Assembly (NCBI GenBank): GCA_050230475.1
Contig: JBFLGF010000028.1
Location: 62,001 to 96,367 of the forward strand
DNA: 34,367 bases
Reading direction: 5' to 3'
From: Ancylonema sp.
Lineage: Eukaryota
A model generated the notes under the pieces. That model did not search any database and was not told the origin of the DNA. It was given only the letters and a program-made list of their open reading frames with translations. Within the stretch, counting starts at the first letter, position 1. Every line of letters begins with the position of its first letter. Shown piece after piece: positions 1 to 16,978 of this stretch. Position numbers and translations under genes: made by a program.

Positions 1-1
1 G

Positions 2-1089
2 AAACAAAGTAGCAAGGTCTGGGGTGAGATGTTCACAGCCTTCATGCTCACTATAGGGTTCAAACAATGCATTATGGACACATGCATATACAGGGGCACA
101 GGACAGTCACGGATCATAGTGGGGATACAGTAGATGATCAGGTGATAGTTGGTCCTAACACCATGGTCATTAAAGCATTCAAACAAGAACTATCTGGGAA
201 ATTCAAAATGAAGGATCTTGGGGCCCTAACCCATATCCTGGGGGTGGAAGTGAAAAGGGACAGACAACAGGGGGTGCTCACGTTGCATCAGAGAGGGTTC
301 ATAAGACAAGTTCTGGAACGTTTTGGCATGGCAGACTCTAACCCTACAAAACTACCCTTACCACCTGGACTGACATTTTACCAAGAAGATGAACCTCTAA
401 CTCCCCCTACACCTGAACAGATAACTGAATTCCGGGAAAAAATTGGGTCACTCATTTATGCAATGAAACACACCAGACCGGATATTGCGCATGCACTGGG
501 AGTACTGGCAAAACACATGGGGAATCCTGGGACTGCTCACATCAAATCCTTACACCAACTGTTCAGATATCTAAAGGGAATAGTGGATCACGGAATGTGC
601 TACGTGAGGCGAAAGAGGCTAGAGATCAAGGGGTACTGTGATGCTAGTTGGAATAACTGCAGTATGACTGGGAAGTCGGTCACAGGGTGGGTCACTACCG
701 TTGGGGGAGCTGCATTGAGCTGGAAGTCACAAAAACAGTCTACACTCGCACAGAGTACAGCAGAGGCTGAATATATTGTTGCCTGTAGTGTGTCTAAGGA
801 ATGCTGTTACCTGAAGTCGCTCCTGCATGAGCTCAAACTCCCTAATGAAATCACAGTTTACAGTGACTCAACAGCCGCACTCTCAATGATCCAGAACCCA
901 GTCTTGCGCCAGAAGGCCAAGCATTTCAATGTGGTGTACCACTGGGTGAGGGAGTGTCACAGAACTGGAAGGCTGAAGTATGTGTATCTGGCAGGGGCCA
1001 ATCAACCAGCCGATATGTTCACTAAGGCTCTTCCACAGGTCTTGCTTGACAGACACGGAAAGTCTATAGGTTTTGGGAGGGTTCACTGA
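2..1089 (+). pseudogene. Copia pol fragment: reverse transcriptase C-terminal part plus RNase H
   Basis: KQSSKVW...DTCIY in frame 2, then a frameshift at the xVDD motif (~127-130), then FKMKDLG, GSLIY..TRPDI, GYCDASW, STAEAEY, YSDSTAA, QPADMFTKAL; stop at 1087-1089. Confidence 0.92.
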
Positions 1090-1516
1090 AATGGGGGTGC
1101 ATATAAGATTCTGGGGATTTCCGGCTGCCATGCCATGCTATGTTTGGCAGGGGGGGTTCCGTTTCTTCTTGCAGAATGCACCTGTGGAGGGCTCTCAACG
1201 CTTGTCTATCCAGCTAAGTCACCCCACTCTTTTTCTGCCCTGAAAACACTAAAGGACACCTGAAAAGTTGCAGATCTGCTTGCATCTAGAGTTGTCAGTT
1301 GCTCATGAATTCTGACACATGTATTGCTATTCATATTATGGATGTTGTGTGAAAATTTCTTGTTTTGGTGAAGTTTTGAGAAAGTTATGAAGTTTTGAGA
1401 AAGTTATGAAGTTCTGAAAGTTGTCAATTTATGAGAAAGTTGTTATGTTTTGAGTATTTCAAGTTATTCGGAGAAAACTGCAGAAGGTTGACTTGTTGGT
1501 CATTTTTTGTATTGCA

Positions 1517-1546
1517 CTAACTTGTGGTATTTGTTTGTATGTTCAG
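1517..1546 (+). promoter_or_regulatory. Putative 3' splice acceptor (CTAAC branch point, T-rich tract, CAG) in Copia A 3' UTR
   Basis: CTAACttgtggtatttgtttgtatgttCAG|gg. A near-identical block occurs in element B (3907-3935, minus strand). Confidence 0.6.
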
Positions 1547-1751
1547 GGCTCCGGCCCGAAAAACGACTAAGGATCTGGAGCGATCGATTTCTGGAGTTCC
1601 GACGGCTTCCGATCGGCTGTTATTCGGCTGTTATTTTAGATATAGCACTATCCCATGGGCTATGAAATGGTTTCGCCATGACTTAGCTGTAGATAGGGTA
1701 GTCCCTTGGTTCTGACTCAATGCCAAACTTGGCATGGCATCCGAGGGGGTG

Positions 1752-2219
1752 TGTAGGAATTATGTCGGATAGCCATGTTTACTAGTGTGCTAGTCCGGAC
1801 TACCGGTTCGTGTAACCGGTAGGATTCCTAGGGTGTGCTTATATTGAGGGGCCGGACTTATGTCCGGGCACCCGAATATGTCACCCGAATATTGTTAGGT
1901 TATGTCCGGGCACCCGAATATGACGTTTCGATTGTGCCGTTTGTAGCACGTGCGGTCTAGATGGTTCCGCATCTAGACGTTATGTCTTGTCAGACTGTTC
2001 GGCATGTGCCGTTGTCAAGATCTGACTGTTGTTGTGTTCTGATAGGCCGACGGTCCGTCGATACGACCGTCGGCACGCTTTGTAGATTCTTTATACCTAC
2101 ACGATGCCGACCATTCAATAATAATTCTTCCAACACAATACTTGTCATTGATCATTCTTGAGAGACGTAGTTCCTTGTACGGAAAGATTCACTCGATCTC
2201 GCACACGTATCATGTAACA
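1752..2219 (+). repeat. 3' LTR of Copia A (468 bp)
   Basis: TG...CA termini directly after the PPT; homologous to the solo LTR at 7227; internal duplication of ttatgtccgggcacccgaatatg. Confidence 0.85.
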
Positions 2220-2244
2220 TTGCTAAAATTGCAGTGGCGCCATA

Positions 2245-3195
2245 ATGATTGTCGAACAAGGCACAAAGATTGGCACTTACACCAACGGAGATATCGATGA
2301 AGATGCTCGAGATACAACCAGAGCTTTCTTACCAAAGATACAAACTCGATATCCTGGACTACTACCCACGAGTGCAATCAAAGGGTTTAACACACGTCTC
2401 GATCATGATATTTCCAAAATATCCAACGATGATTTGGACAGACTCATTGCACAACAAGGACCAATCGACTTCATATTTGCAGGATGGGAATGCCAGATGA
2501 TCAGCAAGGCAGGACAAGGCAAAGGATACTACGATCGCAGATTTCCTTTCTTTTTCGACTTGATTCGCTGTCTCAACCATCTGATTAAAGTACCAAAATT
2601 CCCACGAGTATTCGTTCTTGAAAACACATACCCATTCGGTGACCTCATCAAAGAGGTACCGGATACCACTACTCTCATCAAGTCTTTTCTAGGTTTTCCA
2701 CCAGTTGTCGATGCATGCAGCTTTGGTAGTACCGCACACAGAGTTCGTTGTTTATGGACCAACTGGCAGGCACCAAACATTCTGGAACTCGCTATACCAG
2801 ATGTACCCAACCTACCACCTCTGAACAAAATACTGGAACCATACCACAGACCTAACAAGGTCTTGACCGATGACAAACCACCATTTACACCAGTTAACAA
2901 AATTGGACAACCTCGCCGAGCACTACCTACTCTGGTGTCTTACCCAGGTTGTTACCAGTTCACTTTTCAACGATGGAAAGAACCAGGATCAGGCATGTTT
3001 TACAATGTTGACACACAGCGTTGGGAAGAAGCAAACATTTGGGAACGGGAACGACTCATGGGATTTGACAACGGCGATACATGTGCTCTAGGAATCACGG
3101 AAGACCAAAGTAAAGCTATGTTGGGCAGAACTATGGATCGCAACATGGCCAAATGGCTAGGAGGCATGATTATGGCTACTCATGCAATACCAGGA
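2245..3195 (+). CDS. C5 cytosine DNA methyltransferase catalytic domain (retrotransposon-borne; motif I disrupted)
   Basis: Motif IV IDFIFAGWECQ (catalytic Cys kept), motif VI FVLENT, motif VIII AHRVRCLWTN, motif IX ERERLMGF, motif X LGRTMD. A degenerate FxGxG-like remnant at 2220-2244 abuts the Copia A LTR. The ORF tail after 3195 is (TA)n read-through. Confidence 0.9.
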
Positions 3196-3212
3196 TATAT
3201 ATACATATATAC

Positions 3213-3247
<35 letters not shown>

Positions 3248-3248
3248 T
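3196..3248. repeat. (TA)n microsatellite, left part
   Basis: Directly visible, with a few CA interruptions. Confidence 0.97.
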
Positions 3249-3275
3249 GCTGTGGGCCCATAACCTAAAACGTTT

Positions 3276-3721
3276 TGTCACTTAACACGGTAGCGCACAA
3301 GTTCAATGCTTTACAATACACGACAATAAACTGTACGGTAAAGCAACAGCGTTTTGGTATGATTGTTAAATGTTATTATGAACGCATTCTCGTCGGGCTA
3401 ATATACCCGACGAGCCGACAACGGTACAATGATTACCGGTCACTCTTCCTATTCACCGTCGTCGTGCCACCGCACGTGTGTCTACGGCAACATGCCGGAC
3501 TCGATTGTCACCACACGAATCCAGCTAATGGGGTGGTGACACCGCCTAGCATTCTACAACGACTACTAGTTTGGTCACGTCCGTACAAGTGTGGACGTGC
3601 TGTGTGCGGACGGATACCCGGGTATAGCATTCCCGGCTCCGTGTCCTAAAAGACTCTAAGGCAATTTGCCGGACAAGGCAAACCAAGTTATTAATGTGCC
3701 TATCCGAACTCAATTCCTACA
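3276..3721 (-). repeat. 3' LTR of element B (followed by a spacer and a PBS copy, 3250-3275)
   Basis: Minus strand TGTAGGAATTGAG...AAGTGACA after the PPT; aligns with 7179-8100 apart from two short deletions and the nested solo LTR. Confidence 0.88.
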
Positions 3722-3906
3722 CACCCCCTCGGATGCACAGCCTTGTTTGGCATTGTCTAGTGCAAAGGAGGACTACCCTACAATGTACCGGGTAGTTGGC
3801 TTTCCTAGTCAAATATCAAAACTAGGGGCTCCTATCTACGTCATCTCAAATCATCACGCTTGAACTTGAAGTGCTCCCGCTCCTTGTCGTTTTTCGGGCC
3901 GAAGCC

Positions 3907-3935
3907 CTGAACATACAAACAAAAACACAAGTTAG
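3907..3935 (-). promoter_or_regulatory. Putative 3' splice acceptor in element B 3' UTR
   Basis: Minus strand CTAACttgtgtttttgtttgtatgttCAG|gg, about 185 bp upstream of the LTR. Confidence 0.6.
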
Positions 3936-4746
3936 TCGAAAAACAAAACAAAAAGTTCATTTTTCACTTTTCACTTTTTCATTTTGTCAGTCGCCAGTCA
4001 GAAAACTTGAAACTTGCAGTACTCTTTTAAAACATAACAAAACAATCTCAGATTTTGACACAACACTTGGAAAGGCAATAGAAACATATTGCCAAAATTC
4101 AGCTTCAAACAAATTCATATGTGAAAGTTCAATTTTCAGACTTCAATTTTTTTACATTTTTCTGACTTGAAAGACTTTAGAGGTTGAGAGTTGGAAGGGA
4201 CTCAGCTTTGAAAAACAATAGTAGTCCTCCACTCTGCATCACACAAGTCACCCCCTGCCAGACTAGGCGTGGATCCGAAAACTCCACTCAGAAGTAGCAC
4301 CCCCTGTTTATTGGGGATCTATCCAAAACTAACTTTCTGGCAGCAAAACTGGCTGCCCAGAGACCGTGGGTCCAGTAAAAACATTACTACTGCCAGATCT
4401 GTTATCTAAATAAATCGATTTTTTTGTTTAAACTATAGCTACCTCTTTTGGCTATCTGAAACACTTTTCTAATCACAAATCGACTCAGTCAGACTCAGCA
4501 GGCATTAATTCTCCTGAGCTGCTGTCAGCATACTGTTCTGATCCTGACTGAATACCCTGCTGGACCTCTGCGATGCAGCTTTTCCCCTATCCTCTCCAAA
4601 TACCTCCAAAACTTTTTAACAAGCTTCCCAAGTCTACCAGTCATGCTACTGGCTTTACTACGTGTTAAAAGACCAAATATCCAGCCCAAGATAAAACTTG
4701 GCGTGGGGTACTGGCAGTCTGGCAGACTCTCAAATCTGCTGCCTTG

Positions 4747-6878
4747 TCAGCCTCTTTCTATCCTTGGCTTAGGCCACCCACAGCCAGGGCCTCTATCACA
4801 CCCTAACTGTCTTACATAACTCCCAGAACTCCTTGAAAATCTACCCCCTAGACCATGACATCTCATAATATCAGGCAGGGCGCAGGGTTGGGGAAGGGTG
4901 TGGTCGTTTGTTAAGACGTTTCCCCACATTCTGGACTTATACTCTTCCACTAAGTCACGCCCTCTGGCACCCCCTGAGTCCTGGCTACCTCCTAGCAGAT
5001 CAGCTATCAACTGTAAGCCGGTTGACTTCAGGTTCATGGGGTTGAGGGTTGGAAGGGTGCTGGGGGGGGAGTATTGGGGTTCCTTTTCAAGGTTTGAGGG
5101 AGGGGTTCTTTCAAATAGCCCCTTCCCGGGCATAGTCATGGCCATATTGACATGCACCCCCATCTCCTACCCCCTTCCACTTCCAGCCATTATATGCTCA
5201 TCCCCCATTATGCTCTCATGCTGCACTAGCAGCACTGTATCAATCCTTACTACCCTTCCTGGCAGTATAAGCAGCCCGCTGGCATGTCTTCTAACATCAG
5301 CAAAACTCCTTCCTCTCCACAAGAGACTAGTCACCCCCCTTTCACTCAAAGTGAATCCTATCTGAGCACGATCATTTAGGAAGATCATGCTTACCAGCTT
5401 CAATTCCAGGCTGGGCACATGAAGGGCATGAAGACGGAGTGGTGCACCGCTCCTCCACTCCTTAGTCCACCTTGACTGTCCGACCCCTAGCACTGGGTGT
5501 GACTTCCCATCTGCTGTGTAGACGAATGAGCTCTGAAGTGGCACCTTCGCTGTACTCAGAAATCTGACCGATCTGGGAAGACATGGTCTGTGGCTCCCGA
5601 GTCCAAGAAGCTCTTTCCCCCCTCCCCTCTACAGGCAATGTAGACACCGTTGTAGCACACATCCAGGAAAATCCAGAGCACTTGCTGCCATGCTGGAAAA
5701 CTGCTGCATGTGCTGCCATCCTCTGCTGCCCAGCTGCATCTCGCTGGCGCAGGCTCACACATGTCGATGGTGTGGCCCGTCTCCTTGCAGTAGGCGCACG
5801 TCAGCTCACGTCGCTGCTGCCCTTGCTGCCAATTTCTGCCGTACTATTGACCTCCTCCTCCACCTCCACCGAACTGCTGCTGCCCCCCTTGATATCGTCC
5901 CTGCACTCCATTCTGCTGGCCATCCTGCCACAGTGGTCGTCTGCACTCTCGCATGAGGTGTCCGGGCTCTCCGCAGTTGTGGCAGCTCTTTGGAGGTCTA
6001 GCTCCTCGAGCCTGGCTTCCTCCCCCGTTATTCGGACAGCTGGTACGATAGTGACCGAACTGCTAGCAACCGTGGCAACGCACATTGCTCAAATCTGGCC
6101 CTTGCTGGGGCCTGCCGCTAAGTCCGGCTCCTCCGGATCCGCCGTAGTGCGCCTGCGGACCACCGAGAGGCTCGCCACGCTTCTGCGCGCTGACGATAAG
6201 CTTGGTGTCCTTCCGCTGCAGAGCCGAGGTGATGTGGGGGGTCGAGTAGAGGTTCGGTGAAGACTCCGCCCAGCTCTGGACGACCTCGACCATCGTGTCG
6301 TATCGCGTGCTCAGGTAGTTGATCAAATTTGTCGCCTGGTCTGCTTCGCTGACTCGCTTCCTCAGGTGCGCAAGCTCTCCATGGATGACCTGCAGGCGTT
6401 TGACAAACTCTTGTAAGTCTTCGGCCTCTCCCATTGCCGTAGCACTCAGTTTAGCCCGGGCGCATAGCTACTTCAATAGCGCCGTGGACTTCATAAAAGG
6501 ATGCAAGGTTGTTCCACATTTCAAATGCGTAATCACAATCCCTAACATGGACCTGCTTTGACGGACCTAAGAACCTAACAATTTAGGCCTGCGCCTTTAA
6601 GTCCTGCGCATCCCAAGCATCAACAAGCAAATTTCTAGCATCGACATTCTGTTGGTGTGTATTAGCAGCAGCTCTTCGAGTTGCAGCATCACCAGGCAAT
6701 GAATCGACTGCTGCTTGTGTCAGCGGCTCGATAACAGCCGGGCGAGGTATTCTCGTCCTCCCCTTGAAGTCGACGACATATCGATGCAGCTCTTTTTCAA
6801 TCAAGCCGAACCTGACTTTAAAGGCCCATCCCTGATATGCTGCCCCGGTGACTAGGGAATATTGTTCTTATCCGCCAT
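4747..6878 (-). pseudogene. Copia gag-protease (stops and frameshifts) followed by an unassigned C-terminal extension
   Basis: ATG at 6878 (MADKNNIP); YQGWAFKV; UBN2-type MGEAEDLQEFVKRL..LSTRYD; zinc knuckles CHGC*QFGHYRTSC and CAYCKETGHTIDMC; protease FLDSGATDH..ALHVPSL..LVS. No IN, RT or RNaseH motifs seen. Confidence 0.85.
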
Positions 6879-7150
6879 TTGCACCAGGGTTAATACAAAA
6901 ATTCCAACACAAAGGGTGCAGCAGCTAGCAGTTCTAGCAAAACTTTTGGCGGCAATTTGCAACACGAAGCTCACAGCTCACAATGCTGAAAATAATAGCA
7001 GAACGTAATTCAAAAATTACGAGCCTAGCAATTCCGGATCTAATTGCCCTAACAATCAGGCACAATTTACCGTGATTTCCACAGCAACTTTGCCTGCGCG
7101 TGAAAACGTGGAAATCTATAGGATCCGACCGCTCAGATGTCCTAGACAAT

Positions 7151-7166
7151 CTGTGGGCCCATAACC
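7151..7166 (-). promoter_or_regulatory. Primer-binding site, half-tRNA-iMet type (GGTTATGGGCCCAC)
   Basis: Complementary to the anticodon arm of initiator tRNA-Met, as in Drosophila copia; 12 nt downstream of the 5' LTR end. Confidence 0.88.
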
Positions 7167-7178
7167 CTAAAAACGATT

Positions 7179-8100
7179 TGTCACTTAACACGGTAGCGCA
7201 CAAGTTCACTGCTTTACAATACACCTTGTTAGAATATTTTGGATAGCCATATGTTATGCGTGCTAGTCCAGTTGTGACCGGTTACTCTAACCGGGAGCAA
7301 TATTCTAGATGTGCCGGTATGCGGGGCCGGGCCAGTTTGTGCCCGGGCACCTGACATGTTTCCGACGCTTAGAGTCGTTATTTGGTCGAAGCGTCGTGAC
7401 TGGCTAGGTTAGTCGTGTCAGAAATGTCCGGCATGTGCCGTTGACATGTAGAAGAGCTGTCAGTCAATGATAGGCCGACGGTCAATGTGCCGACCGTCGA
7501 CGCAACAATCTGTAAAGCGCATCGGGTATTACCATCCCGATGCAATCACAATTAAATTCGTTCCACACACGCAACTCCTGTCTCGTTGATCATCAGTCGA
7601 AAGAGATCCTTTTGCGTACGGTTCGTTTTGTCGCCCACCTATTCCTGCAAGTCTAATCACTCAAAAGCTTATACAAGTTACACGACAATAAACTGTATGG
7701 TAAAGCAACAACGTTATGGTATGATTGTGAAATGTTATTATGAACGCATTCTCGTCGGGCTAATATACCCGACGAGTTGACAACGGTACAATGATTACCG
7801 GTCACTCTTCCTACCGACGGTCGGATCTATTGTCCGTCGTCGTGCCACCGCACGTGTGTCTACGGCAACATTCCGGACTCGATTGTCACCACACGAATCC
7901 AGCTAATGGGGTGGTGACACCGCCTAGCATTCTACAACGACTACTAGTTTGGTCACGTCCGTACAAGTGTGGACGTGCTGTGTGCGGACGGATACCCGGG
8001 TATAGCATTCCCGGCTCCGTGTCCTAAAAGACTCTAAGGCAATTAGCCGGACAAGGCAAACAAGTTTATTAATGTGCCTATCCGAACTCAATTCCTAACA
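7179..8100 (-). repeat. 5' LTR of element B, interrupted by a solo LTR
   Basis: Minus strand TGTTAGGAATTGAG...AAGTGACA; direct repeat of 3276-3721. Confidence 0.88.
7227..7635 (+). mobile_element. Solo LTR related to the Copia A LTR, TSD CACCT
   Basis: Starts TGTTAGAAT..GGATAGCCAT; shares ccgggcacc, cggcatgtgccgttg and gataggccgacggtc with 1752-2219. CACCT at 7222-7226 and 7636-7640. Absent from the sister LTR. Confidence 0.8.
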
Positions 8101-8105
8101 ATATG

Positions 8106-8744
<639 letters not shown>

Positions 8745-8919
8745 CTAGGAATCGAACCCCACCTTTTCAACCAATGATAGGGGGGGGTGCAAATACCAAA
8801 TACCCCAGGCATATCATATACTTCACTATGATAACCAAACATCATAATTTTACCCAAACCATGACTATGCACACATTGTACCAGACAATGAACCACAACT
8901 TCGGAACCAGGCTATCTCC

Positions 8920-13436
<4,517 letters not shown>

Positions 13437-15374
13437 AGCCGAAATCTTGGTGTCGTTATGACAGAATTAGCCCCACACGTTGCGAGACATTGCTCGTCGT
13501 CAGAGCAACTCTCTGCAATAGCAACAACATACAGATATAGAGAGAACATGCGGAACCGCAGGCAGTGGGGTTAAAATAAACGTGATAGTACGAACGGGAT
13601 CGGGATCCCGGTTCATTTTACGACTGCATGCCAATAAGGAAAACTGCACGCTGTGAAGGTTTCCCTCCGGGTGATTTGACGGCAAGTTTCGAACGGCCAA
13701 ACCGCCAGCCGGTACCCGAGTTGACGTCTGCGTGTTGTTAAGGAAAACTGTATGCTGTTAAGTTTTCCCTACATACTTTCGGGACCTTCAAAACTAATGC
13801 AATTTCATACCCATAATTCATGTTTTTAATTGTTGGTTATTTAACACATGAATTTTCCGGGCCCTTGTAAACCCTGAAATGCGATTTTGTTTTGAAGGCT
13901 TAAAACGCCACACAACCACTAACTGCAAATGGGGTTGCCATCGTGCTAACCTTTATAACCTTTATAATTCTTTTCACTAACTACATCAAGCTACATAAGA
14001 AATGATATGTAAGGCCCTAAATTTCTCTCCGGGGGGCTTTCAACTTCAAAAACTCTCATTAGGATTAAACCCTTAATTTCTTATTTGCTAAGGTAAACAT
14101 GTCTTTTGTACCATATTGTAGCGTTGAACACCATGGTGCCCCTCAAAATTTGTATTCCAAAGTCTTGATGTGTTTCATGCAGGGGTGCACAATACGCAAT
14201 ACGCAATCGGTACGTTGGGGTCACAATACGCCGTATTCAACGGTGGACACGGGGGAAGATACGGTGAATAACGATGGGCACGGTGGAAAACCGGCGGACA
14301 ACGGGGGGTGTAAGGGTGGGACCAATAAACATTTGTTTGCGTGAATTGGGTTTACCAAAATACCGTACCCGCTATATTTAATGCCCCAGCAAATCTCAAA
14401 TGGAAATAAAACATCGATGCCCCAACAATCCGCCCACCCCCCTTGGAATTAATTTTCACGCCCCAGCATTCCGCCCACCCCTTGCCCGACGATTACTATC
14501 TCCAACTGCCCCACCCTGTATAGTGAAACCTGTCCTTATTCATGGTATGCTAATCAATAACTTGTCCAATCTGATTTTTAATTTTCCACCCAAAAAAATG
14601 ACGTGTCAATTTATGACGTGTTTAAATTTTTATATATATATTTCCCGGGTCTGCCAATATTAATATAGACAAATTTCATCGTAAAAGGTGCGTTGTAATC
14701 GATCTAGTTCCTAAAATCCCTTCAAAATCGAATTTTGTTCTCCATTGAAATCCTATAATGACATTCATCTGCCCCTCCGTATCCTTAATATCCCCCAACC
14801 TACACCTAAAAACCCATGCATAATTTTCGGATTTCCGGACTCCCATCGGGAGGGCACCATAAGTCTGTTTTGCCACCCGTTACCCGGCTAAAAGCAACGA
14901 GCTCTGCTTGGAGATGGGGATGTTATGCATTAGTTGAATCTCATTCGTTTGAAGGCGTGAGTCTTTATATTGAAACACCGGAACTCAACCTTGTTCCCTT
15001 CCACATACACTACTAATCGCAAACACTCTTCGGTTAAAATCATTTTGAATATGATTCAAAGATTCGGTCCAACGTTATCGTTGATATCAACCTACCACCT
15101 TCTATGAGGTGAGATACCTTAGTATTGGATGAAGTTCCAAAGGGAAAAAAAAAAAACCGAACTTAATCCTCCGTAAAAGATATAGCCCCAGGCAAGATAA
15201 CAAACCGGGAATTGAAATGACTTTAGGCCCCAAAAGGCTACCTAGTACATGCTATTTAATACCCGAATGTCCGCCCCACTCGTAAATAATTAATTAATTA
15301 ATGGGACATTAACTCTGGCGGATACGGTATACAACAAAATGGGTGTAAAGCTCGTACATGACACGTTGCACTAT

Positions 15375-15470
15375 CTTAGGCGATCTAAACGAGATACACG
15401 AATACGGTAATGTACTAAGGTACTTAGGCGATCTAAACGAGATACACTAATCCGGTAATGTACTAAGGTA
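15375..15470. repeat. Tandem duplication, 2 x 48 bp
   Basis: cttaggcgatctaaacgagatacac(g/t)aat(a/c)cggtaatgtactaaggta occurs twice. Confidence 0.9.
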
Positions 15471-16224
15471 CTAACGTTTTCAAGCATGTGTGTTGTAATT
15501 CTAAGATTGAGAATGTGACATTGCGTCATTTCAAATGTGTTCTTCTTGGCATTAGTAGCATTTGGTGCACTTTCGAGAGTGAGAGATATAATTTGTCGCG
15601 TTTGACCCTATGTACTTCCCATTCAAAGAATTGTCATCCCCAATAAAATGAAGGAAACTAGGTGAGGCAATGACTTCTACATAATCAAGGTCGACTCGTA
15701 GCAAACTACTCATCGCACTATATGAGGCATAAGCTCATGTTTGTGAAATTGTGATACGCATGAGGTATTGCCAAATTGTGTGATATGCTCCATAAGTTGC
15801 ATTTGTTGCATATTTTGCATGTTTTGTCGATGTTGTTAGTTTTTTGACGTGACTAACGTGATGTCTATTAAAAAAAGGAAAATGATACAAATTGTAAATA
15901 GTCATTGCAAAAATTTCACGTCATTACGATTCATCAGTGACAAAGTTGTTGCACATAGAAGACGCGATAAATTTTATTCCACCTTCTTACAATCATCATC
16001 ACCACACAGGTTTTCATAAAAATATAATCAAAGAAACAATCTCAAAGCACTATGAGCCGCTCTAAGTATAATTTGGACTTCCCCTGGAATTCGTGGTTGA
16101 TTTCAGTGCTCTCAAGGAGGCGGTTGGTCGCAGTTTAGGAACCTTGTACAATGTGTGTCCTCGCCCGTGGATTCCACGATCGGCGATACACTACATCCAA
16201 CGACTCAAAACAAATCATTTTATT

Positions 16225-16400
16225 AAGCACGATGGGAACCCCATCTGAGTACAAGAACGAAAATTAGTGGACGCCCTCTAGGACGGGAACAAGGGAATCA
16301 CAACTCACACCAAATAAGTTGAGCAACAATCCGTAAATACGCAGACGACAACGACACCCTCGGAGAAGGGGCAGATACTCGACAAGTTACTACTTTTAGA
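16225..16400 (-). mobile_element. Probable second 3'-end remnant of the CRE-like LINE
   Basis: aagcacgatgggWaccccatYtgagtacaa is shared with 17146-17175; weaker similarity continues downstream. Confidence 0.4.
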
Positions 16401-16407
16401 ATATCCA

Positions 16408-16978
16408 TTAGACAAGTTTCACTGTACAGTGACATCGCAATAATAAATTTGGGGTTTTTTGTAAGTAAAATAGATGTCACTAGAGCGATTTCACTATACT
16501 CAATAGGTTTTCATATAGAATTAGAAACCCCCCGCCGACAAGTTTTTTTTATCCCGCCCCCCGGCCGGCCACCCGCCCGGCTGCCCGTTAACGGGCGGGC
16601 TGAATTTTGGGATTTCAAGAAATCAAGTTAAAAAAAAACAAAGCTTCTATACGTTTTATGATTTCTATTATTATTTATTTAAAAAAAAATTAAAAAAAAA
16701 AGGTAATGTCGATGAGACCATGTAGTTGATTTTATCATTTTTAATTTTCTTATTTCGGTTTCTGTGGAGTTTTAATGACTGAAAACACCGAAAACTCTAT
16801 TATAAAGTATATTATACCCGCCCGCCACGTGGTCTTTCCACCCCACGGGCGAAGCCGCCATGAGCTCCGCCGGGCGGGGAAACTGATGGGCGTGTACACT
16901 ACATCGAAAGGACAAACGGGCAAAAAATATGGTACTATATCGAGATTGTCACTGTAGAGTGTGCCACTATATCAAGAC
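16408..16978. mobile_element. Truncated copy of the Tc1/mariner MITE (right half), interrupted by a CCCGCC-rich insert (~16530-16915)
   Basis: Aligns by eye with 20318-20506 (tagacaRgtttcactgtaYagtgacatcgcaata...cactatatcaagact). Confidence 0.7.

Larger units (their letters stand above)
1..2219 (+). mobile_element. Ty1/Copia LTR retrotransposon A, 3' part (RT-RNaseH, 3' UTR, PPT, 3' LTR); 5' part lies outside the window
   Basis: Copia RT/RNaseH ORF ending at 1089; PPT GAGGGGGTG 1743-1751; LTR TGTAGGAAT...TGTAACA 1752-2219. The PPT-LTR junction matches that of element B. Confidence 0.92.
3250..8100 (-). mobile_element. Non-autonomous Copia element B (gag + protease only), inserted in (TA)n with TSD ATATG
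   Basis: Two related LTRs (7179-8100, 3276-3721), PBS 7151-7166, PPT 3722-3736, gag with two zinc knuckles, protease LDSGAT. ATATG at 3245-3249 and 8101-8105. Confidence 0.9.

Noticed and set aside
3250..3265. tRNA-iMet-like sequence (also 7151-7166)
   Set aside because: Only ~14 nt match the anticodon arm; these are PBS sequences, not tRNA genes.
5583..6260. 225-aa plus-strand ORF within element B
   Set aside because: Antisense shadow of the GC-rich gag; no recognisable domain.
14180..15420. Possible hAT element starting CAGGGGTGCACAATACG with AATACG repeats
   Set aside because: No matching right TIR, TSD or transposase motif found.
15375..15470. CRISPR-like repeat
   Set aside because: Two adjacent copies with no spacer, eukaryotic context and no cas genes.
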